A stretch of 64,000 bases of DNA, from positions 1 through 64,000 of the IMG/VR virus record IMGVR_UViG_2767802086_000001. One strand, written 5' to 3'. Made by a program: the position numbers and the translations under genes. The DNA is from a virus. Lineage: Duplodnaviria; Caudoviricetes. Positions 58,254-64,000 of this stretch are shown here, in pieces (positions within the stretch are counted from its first letter, which is position 1; each line of letters starts with the position of its first letter). The notes below the pieces were generated by a model. It had not been told where the DNA came from, ran no database searches, and saw only the letters and a list, made by a program, of their open reading frames with translations.

Positions 58254-58474
58254 GTACGGGCCTCCAGTTCGGCAATGCGGGCTTCCAGCGCCTCGATGCG
58301 GGCGGCGGTGTTGTCCTCGGTGGGCAGTGCTCGGTTCGCGGAGCAGGTGCACCAGGTCATGAGCCGTGCGGTGCCGGGCGGGCCCTGGTTGGATGCGGTG
58401 CCCATGCAGCGGGGCATGACGTCGTCGTCGAGGTCGGGGCAGCGATGGCAGTTCGGCGGGCACCGGTGACTCAC
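58250..58474 (-). CDS. Small Cys-rich protein
   Basis: GGAGG RBS; overlapping chain. Confidence 0.55.
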   Translation of the reverse strand: MSHRCPPNCHRCPDLDDDVMPRCMGTASNQGPPGTARLMTWCTCSANRALPTEDNTAARIEALEARIAELEART

Positions 58475-59184
58475 GCGGCCACCTCCCGGCGCCGGTCGGG
58501 GCCGGTGATGGTGATCCGGTCGCACATCTCGACGAGCCGGGACGCAACCCGGTCGCCCATACGGGCCCCGAGCTCCTTCGGCAGGACGTTGGAGGTGATG
58601 AGCGTCGGGAGCTGGTGGTCGTACCGATAGTTGATGAGCCGGAAGTTCACGGTCTCGGTGTGTTCGGACAGCTTCCCGCCGGCGCCGAGGTCGTCGATGA
58701 GGAGGATGCTGGCCTTCGCGTACCGCTGGAACTCGGTTTCGGAGTCGACGCCGTACCGCGGCTGCAGCTGGGCGTACAGGTCGGCGGCGGTGACCACGGT
58801 CCACTTCGCGGCAACCCCGGTGACGGCCATCTCTCGCAGCGCCCCGTAGGACTGGTAGGTCTTGCCGACGCCGACGGGGCCGAGGAGCAGCAGGGAGGGG
58901 CCGGATCGGACGCTGGCGACGGGTGAGCGTCGCTCCTTCTGGGCGGCGAAGGCTCCTGCGACAAGGGTGTTGATCCACTGCCGGATGGCCGGGTGGTCGG
59001 CGGTGGCGGCCTGGTAGCGCAGGGGAACGGTGTTGGCGGCCTGGATGATGTTCCGGCGGGCCACGTTCGGCAGGCTGAACGGGTCACCGTCGTCGGTGTT
59101 CAGCCACTCGATGGTGCGGTTCTGGGCGGCAAGCAGCGGGGCGAGGTTGTACTGGTCGGGGTTGATCAGCGGGGTGGGTTCCAT
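58471..59184 (-). CDS. DnaC/IstB-like ATPase (helicase loader)
   Basis: LLLGPVGVGKT, LLIDDLG, TLITSN, RVASRL. Confidence 0.9.
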   Translation of the reverse strand: MEPTPLINPDQYNLAPLLAAQNRTIEWLNTDDGDPFSLPNVARRNIIQAANTVPLRYQAATADHPAIRQWINTLVAGAFAAQKERRSPVASVRSGPSLLLLGPVGVGKTYQSYGALREMAVTGVAAKWTVVTAADLYAQLQPRYGVDSETEFQRYAKASILLIDDLGAGGKLSEHTETVNFRLINYRYDHQLPTLITSNVLPKELGARMGDRVASRLVEMCDRITITGPDRRREVAA

Positions 59185-59186
59185 GA

Positions 59187-60158
59187 TCACAGATCTCCGT
59201 AGTAGTCGTTGTGGTCTTCGGGGTTGGTCCACGGCCCCTCGTAGTCGCCGACGGCGCGGAGGCGAGGGCGGCTGGGCTGGTCGGGCTCGTCGTCGTAGCA
59301 GCCCTTGTTCAGCCAGGTGGCCGGGTACTTCGTGTACTTGGCGTCTTCGCCGGCCCGCTCTTTGGCGTAGCCGGCGGCGGCAGTGACGATGTGTTGCGGG
59401 TCGGCGCCGCGGGCAATGGCGGCTATCCATGCCTTCTTCGCTTCTTCGCGGGCCCGCTTCTTCGGGTAGTTCAGCCAGAAGGCACCGAAGGCGTCGAGGT
59501 GTTCGTCGGAGGCCGGCTTCGCGGGGCGCGGCTTGCTCGTGGGCTTTGACTCTGCGGCGGGGGTGAAGGTGTCTTCCTGAGCCGCAGGCGAAGAAGAGTC
59601 TTTATGTAGTTGGTTGTCTGACGGTTGTTGGTGGTTAGGGCGGCGTTCCGTCCGTGACGAACGGACTTTAAGTCCGTGACGGACGGACGCAGAGTCTGTG
59701 ACATCGGCGGTCACAGACTCTGCGTCCGTGACCGTCACGCCCTTTGAATCCGTGACTGTCACAGACTCTGCGTGCGTGACACCCTTGGATCGGGACCGAC
59801 GCTTCCGCTCCGCCGCAGCCGCCCGGAAGTCGTCCTCCTCGCGCTCCAGATCCGTCCAGTCGGACTCTGGGCGAACCATGTGCATGGCCAACTGCCACCG
59901 GATCCGACCCTCCCGCAGACCGTCCTTGCCGATGAGCTTCGCGGCCTCCAGCCGGCGCAGGGCCCGCTGGACCGTCGTCCGGTCGTAACCGGTCCGGAAC
60001 TGGATCCGCATCACCGACGGGTGAGCGTTCGAGCCGTCCGGGTTGGCGTGCTCGGCAAGCACCTGCAGGACATGCCGTCCGGTGGTGTCCGGCTTGCCCT
60101 TCTCGGTCCGCGGCATGGGTGCGCGATCCATAGCCCAGTCGACGGCTTCGGTGCTCAC
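59187..60158 (-). CDS. Phage replication initiator (HTH, lambda-O-like organisation)
   Basis: VLQVLAEHA...TVQRALRRLE; FGAFWLNYPKK; YPATWLN. Confidence 0.85.
   Translation of the reverse strand: MSTEAVDWAMDRAPMPRTEKGKPDTTGRHVLQVLAEHANPDGSNAHPSVMRIQFRTGYDRTTVQRALRRLEAAKLIGKDGLREGRIRWQLAMHMVRPESDWTDLEREEDDFRAAAAERKRRSRSKGVTHAESVTVTDSKGVTVTDAESVTADVTDSASVRHGLKVRSSRTERRPNHQQPSDNQLHKDSSSPAAQEDTFTPAAESKPTSKPRPAKPASDEHLDAFGAFWLNYPKKRAREEAKKAWIAAIARGADPQHIVTAAAGYAKERAGEDAKYTKYPATWLNKGCYDDEPDQPSRPRLRAVGDYEGPWTNPEDHNDYYGDL
59652..59780. repeat. Iteron array (putative replication origin) inside the initiator gene
   Basis: Three 23-bp GTCAC-N13-GTGAC units at 59710, 59734, 59758, an inverted copy at 59685-59702, and GTGAC half-sites at 22-bp spacing. 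Confidence 0.8.
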
Positions 60159-60245
60159 GGGATCTTCTTCCTGCGGTACGGATAAGGACTGCTGTGGGCG
60201 TGGTGCGGCCGGTTCAGGTGGGGGCCGGGGGCGCCCGGTGGGTGG

Positions 60246-62003
60246 TCACGCGGCGGCCTGGAGGTCGGTGCTCGTGCCGCAGTCCTGCGGGGTGTGAATG
60301 ACGGCCCGCAGCCGAGTCCCGATCCATGTGCCGACCTGCGGGCTTACGGCGTTGCCGAAGCCGTCCACTTGGTTGCGGGCGGAACCCCAGACGGTGAACG
60401 TGCCGCGGTAGTCGTTGAAGTCGACGTCGAAGCCGCAGCCGCGGCCGATCTCGTGCGCCGTCATCATTCGGTAGAAGCAGTCGTCCAGCGGCAGTTCGGC
60501 GAGCGACGCCTTCCACTGGGCCATGAGGAGCGCGGTCGTATCGGAGGCTGTGAGGGTGCCGAGCGGGTCGGTGAGCGGGTGCGGCGCGGTCCCGTGGTTG
60601 GGGCTGGTTCCGTTTTGCTTGTACCAACCGGCGGCCGTCAGGACTGCCGGGATCTGCTCCGAGGTGAAGGTGGGCATCGCTTCGCTGTGAAGCGTGGGCA
60701 GCGTGTTCTTCCGGTACGGGATGACGCCGGAGGACAGCACGGCGAGGGTCTCCGACCCGACCTGGGTGGGCAGCGGCTCTCCGGCGCCGCGCGCGGCGCC
60801 CTGGTAGTTGTCCACGGCGAGCGCCATTGCCGGTGCGGCCAGGCCGGCCGCAGCGCCCTGTGCCCACAGCGGCTGGACGACGGGCCCGGTCGACAGGATT
60901 GCGGTCTCCTGCTGGCTGGTCTGTGTTGCCATCGGCTGCAGCAGGAGCCGCTCCGATCCGTGTACGCCCTTCGCTGGCATGAGGATCGCCGGGAAGTCCG
61001 CGAACCGTTGGCGACAGCGTTCGGCTCGGGCCATCGACGACCGTGCGAGTGGTCCGACGAAACCGTCCTTGAACGTCTTGACCGGCTTGTCGCCGATGCG
61101 TGTGCCGAGGTTGGTGAGGTCGAGCGCGGCCAGCGACGGCGTCATCGGCGGGACGACGGGGCGGCGGCAGGACGGGCACCGGTACTCGTACTGCTTGCCG
61201 TACATCACCGTGCCGGACTCCGGGATGCCGGTCTTCCACGTCCACACCGCCTCGACGTCCTTGTCGCAGCCGCCGCACCGGGACACCGGGCGGTGCTCCA
61301 GGTCGGGCATCGGCAGGGACTTGTGGACGAACACCCAGTAGCCGCGGTCCCGTGACTGCGGAACCCCGAAGAACTGGCTGTTCAGGTACAGCACTTTCGG
61401 GGGGTGGTAGTCGAGCAGCTCGAACTGCTTGACCCACCACCGGTAAGTCGAGCCGTCCCCGACCTTCGGGCGTCCTGGCAGCGCCGGCCCCCACGAGGTG
61501 AGCTGGGTGGTGCACTCGACGAGGATGAGCCGCGGGCGGTGCCGCTCGGCGTAGTGCAGGACACAGTTCGCGGTCGCCCGGTCCCGCTCAGAGCGGGTGA
61601 CACGCGCCTCGTAGTCGGGGTCCTCCAGCTCGAACAGGGTCCCGCCCTGCTCGTAGGCCTTGGCCGTGTTCGCGAGCGAGTGGTTCACGCAGCTGACACC
61701 CGCGACCAGCAGGTCGGCGGCAGGCAGGTCCCGGGCGGAGTGGTAGTCCGCCTCTTCGGGGTTGATCAGGTCGGCGATCCAGTGCTCAGCCTCGGGGTGG
61801 TTCGCCTCGTGGACCTCGACCTTGTAGCTGTTGTGGTTCGCGGCCATGATCGTGGTGAATCCGGCTTCCTCGATGCCGCGGGTGAGCCCCCCGAAGCCGG
61901 AGAACAGGTCGACGGCGATGAGGTCGTCGTGCCGGAACCGGCGGCGCTTGACGGCTGGCCGGTGTGTGGCGGCTCGGCTCTTCTTCTGGGGCGCGATGGC
62001 CAT
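60246..62003 (-). CDS. DNA cytosine-C5 methyltransferase
   Basis: DLFSGFGG motif I, GVSC motif IV variant, PQSRDR motif VIII, GNAV motif X. Confidence 0.88.
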   Translation of the reverse strand: MAIAPQKKSRAATHRPAVKRRRFRHDDLIAVDLFSGFGGLTRGIEEAGFTTIMAANHNSYKVEVHEANHPEAEHWIADLINPEEADYHSARDLPAADLLVAGVSCVNHSLANTAKAYEQGGTLFELEDPDYEARVTRSERDRATANCVLHYAERHRPRLILVECTTQLTSWGPALPGRPKVGDGSTYRWWVKQFELLDYHPPKVLYLNSQFFGVPQSRDRGYWVFVHKSLPMPDLEHRPVSRCGGCDKDVEAVWTWKTGIPESGTVMYGKQYEYRCPSCRRPVVPPMTPSLAALDLTNLGTRIGDKPVKTFKDGFVGPLARSSMARAERCRQRFADFPAILMPAKGVHGSERLLLQPMATQTSQQETAILSTGPVVQPLWAQGAAAGLAAPAMALAVDNYQGAARGAGEPLPTQVGSETLAVLSSGVIPYRKNTLPTLHSEAMPTFTSEQIPAVLTAAGWYKQNGTSPNHGTAPHPLTDPLGTLTASDTTALLMAQWKASLAELPLDDCFYRMMTAHEIGRGCGFDVDFNDYRGTFTVWGSARNQVDGFGNAVSPQVGTWIGTRLRAVIHTPQDCGTSTDLQAAA

Positions 62004-62215
62004 CAGGCGGCTTCCTTCAGGGTCTCGGAGTGGCGGCTGGTCGTCGTATTGGTGGCGGGCATTACCAATGCCGGGTGTCGCATTAGTCGCGGGACTGCAC
62101 TAATCGCGGTCGTAATTGAGATGCCAGAACGACAACCGTGAGAATGAGAATAGCGTTCACAGTTCGCGATCACAAGGCGCGTCCACGTAGCGCGTTCACC
62201 GTGGGGTGTGTCACC

Positions 62216-62491
62216 ATGAGCGGCATGGACGCCCTTGAGAAGGAGATTCAGGAAGCCGCCGTCAGCCGCCAGCGGGCCGAGGAGGCCTTTCTGCAAGCGG
62301 ACGCGAAGCTGAAGGATCTGCTGGTCAAGGGACGTGCGGGTGGTCTCGGCCCGTCGCAGATGGCGAAACTCACGGGCTTCACCCGCGAGTGGGTTGCGAA
62401 GATCGCGCCGGACCCGAAGAGGTCCCGCCAGAACGCCATCCAGCGCCGGCTCGACCGGAACGCGGCTGGCGACATCGCCGACTCCGACTGA
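62216..62491 (+). CDS. Small HTH regulator
   Basis: GLGPSQMAKLTGFTREWVAKI; start may be 62225. Confidence 0.78.
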   Translation: MSGMDALEKEIQEAAVSRQRAEEAFLQADAKLKDLLVKGRAGGLGPSQMAKLTGFTREWVAKIAPDPKRSRQNAIQRRLDRNAAGDIADSD

Positions 62492-62549
62492 CGTCACGTC
62501 CCCTCCCCTCTGCCCCGCGGTGTTCGCCGCGGGGCGTTGTTGTGTGCGG

Positions 62550-63431
62550 TCAGGCGGCCTGGGCGCGGGTGCGGCGGCGGAGCCGGTTGAGGGCGCTTTC
62601 GCCTTGGGTGATCTCGGCGGCGGTCTTACCGGCGCGTCGGTCGCAGCCCCACGGCTTCGACGGGATCTCGCCTTCGTGCCAGAGCTTGCGGAAGCGGCGG
62701 CGGCCACCGCTCAGCTGCGACTTGAGGCTGTTGGTGGTACCCAGGAGCTGTTCGGCCTGCCGGTAGTCGCCGGTGGCGGCGAGGGCTTCGACGGCTCGGC
62801 GCTGCCCGTCGGTGAGGGTCGGGAGGATCTGCTGGAGCGCCATCCGCTCGACGATCCCGTTCTCGGGGCTGGGTGTCGCGCGGCCGTACCACGTCCAGTA
62901 GAGGGCGTACTTCGCGCCGTTGTTGGAGGTGTCGCGGCGTGTGCCGTGGTGGCGCATGTTGTCGCGGACGTCGGACGCGAGGGCGCGGCGGCCGGCTTCC
63001 ATGAGTTCGTTGCGCCGCGGTGCCTGGGTGGCGGTGTAGAGGTGTTCGACGATGCCGTGCCAGGCGGCGGCGTACAGGTCGTCGCGGTCGCCAGCGGGCC
63101 ACCAGGTCCGGTTGTTGGAGACGACGGAGCGGGCGAGCGCGTCGAGGGTGTGCAGGGTCCAGCCGTAGCGGATGCCGTCTGTTTCGGTCGGCTGGTTGTC
63201 CGGCTCGATCTCGGCCTGCTCGATGGTGAACGTTCCGGCCTGGGCGCCGTGGTTGGCGATGGTGCCGGTGAGTGTGGCGCCGTCGAGGTGGATGTCCACT
63301 CGGGTGGCGCCGAGTTGGCCGCGGGCGTGACGGTGAACCTGCGCGGCGAGGTCTGTGGTCGTGGCGCCGGTGATGGTGAGGCTCCGGGCCTCGCCCGCCA
63401 GGTGCAGGTACAGGGTGTATTCGGTGGTCAC
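62550..63431 (-). CDS. Sigma-factor-like / region-4 HTH protein
   Basis: DLYAAAWHGI (region 2-like); ILPTLTDGQRRA...YRQAEQLLG...KSQLSGGRRRF (region 4-like). Confidence 0.55.
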   Translation of the reverse strand: MTTEYTLYLHLAGEARSLTITGATTTDLAAQVHRHARGQLGATRVDIHLDGATLTGTIANHGAQAGTFTIEQAEIEPDNQPTETDGIRYGWTLHTLDALARSVVSNNRTWWPAGDRDDLYAAAWHGIVEHLYTATQAPRRNELMEAGRRALASDVRDNMRHHGTRRDTSNNGAKYALYWTWYGRATPSPENGIVERMALQQILPTLTDGQRRAVEALAATGDYRQAEQLLGTTNSLKSQLSGGRRRFRKLWHEGEIPSKPWGCDRRAGKTAAEITQGESALNRLRRRTRAQAA

Positions 63432-63441
63432 GGTGTCCTCC

Positions 63442-63675
63442 TCAGGCGGCTTGTGCGCGCCGGGCGCGGTTGAGTCGCCGGAGTTCGTTTTGGTCGAGGC
63501 CGCCCCACACGCCCCAGTGCTGCCGGGTGTCGAGGGCGTAGTCGAGGCATTCGGGGCGGACCGGGCAGGCCATGCAGGTGCGCTTGGCTGGTGCCGGACT
63601 ACAGCCGGGTGCGGGGTGGAAGAGGTTCGGGTCCGTCTGCCTGCAGAGCGCGTCTTCGCGCCACCGCTCGCTCAT
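63442..63675 (-). CDS. whiB: WhiB-family transcriptional regulator
   Basis: Four Cys (ALC, CMAC, EC) and GVWGG. Confidence 0.93.
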   Translation of the reverse strand: MSERWREDALCRQTDPNLFHPAPGCSPAPAKRTCMACPVRPECLDYALDTRQHWGVWGGLDQNELRRLNRARRAQAA

Positions 63676-64000
63676 GCCGACACCGCCCTGAAGATGGCCG
63701 CGTACTGGTCGCGCATGGGCTGGTCTTCGACGTGATCGGGGTGGACGCAGCCGTTGGCATCGCAGCCGGCGCGGACGCGGCCGATGGGGTCGCGGTCCCA
63801 GCGGATGCGGAAGGCGATGCGGCCGGCTGTGTGCATTCGCCCGCCGGTGCGGATGGCGGGCACGCCGGTGCTGTTGCGGTGGCCGGCCCAGAGGAGGTGG
63901 CCGCCGTCAGCGGGCTGGGTGCGCCGCCAAAACAAGTCTTCGGGGCTGGCCGAGCCCTTGATGGTGCGGGCGTCGGGCAGGCCGAGTTCGGCTCGGATGC
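63672..64000 (-). CDS. HNH-like protein, 5' truncated at the window edge
   Basis: Frame open to 64000; LLWAG...C..NGCVHPDHV. Confidence 0.6.
   Translation of the reverse strand, partial: IRAELGLPDARTIKGSASPEDLFWRRTQPADGGHLLWAGHRNSTGVPAIRTGGRMHTAGRIAFRIRWDRDPIGRVRAGCDANGCVHPDHVEDQPMRDQYAAIFRAVSA

Larger units (their letters stand above)
1..64000. mobile_element. Temperate Streptomyces siphovirus (prophage or phage-plasmid), incomplete at the right edge; left boundary uncertain
   Basis: Syntenic terminase-portal-scaffold-capsid-tail-tape measure-lysis genes plus replication genes; no att sites identified. Confidence 0.9.

Noticed and set aside
58471-59184. IS21 element (IstB-like ATPase)
   Set aside because: No IstA transposase or terminal repeats; lies between initiator and DnaB as a helicase loader
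1-64000. Many long overlapping or antisense ORFs in the six-frame track (e.g. 25633..26934+, 45613..47343+, 34212..35555+, 41609..42772+)
   Set aside because: Shadow ORFs expected in high-GC DNA; they lie opposite well-supported genes and lack motifs or RBS
1-64000. tRNA or rRNA genes
   Set aside because: None recognised by eye; tRNAscan-SE or Aragorn would be needed to exclude them

Overview
High-GC actinobacterial DNA, almost certainly Streptomyces (WhiB-family gene, DUF6233/DUF6221-like genes, TraB/Spd-like genes). It contains most of a large temperate siphovirus genome (prophage or phage-plasmid), read mainly on the minus strand. From right to left: (1) early/replication genes (WhiB, sigma-like protein, C5 DNA methyltransferase, initiator with internal iterons, DnaC-like loader, DnaB, gp37/gp68, MazG-like); (2) a plus-strand island with HTH-NUDIX, NUDIX and a possible toxin-antitoxin/defence pair; (3) an AICE/plasmid-type conjugation module (Spd-like genes and a TraB FtsK translocase); (4) a complete head-tail module with a GGGAAAA -1 frameshift tail chaperone; (5) an inverted 10-gene glycosylation operon (3 glycosyltransferases, NDP-sugar dehydratase, 2OG-Fe(II) oxygenase, methyltransferase) between the tail and lysis genes; (6) lysis genes and two collagen-like proteins; (7) a XerC/D-like recombinase with a dif-like res site; (8) small autoregulated accessory cassettes. 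The best candidates for new biology are a late-promoter-driven hydroxylation/glycosylation system for collagen-like virion proteins and a phage carrying its own TraB/Spd hyphal conjugation and dimer-resolution machinery. All calls come from reading motifs by eye; no database searches were run.
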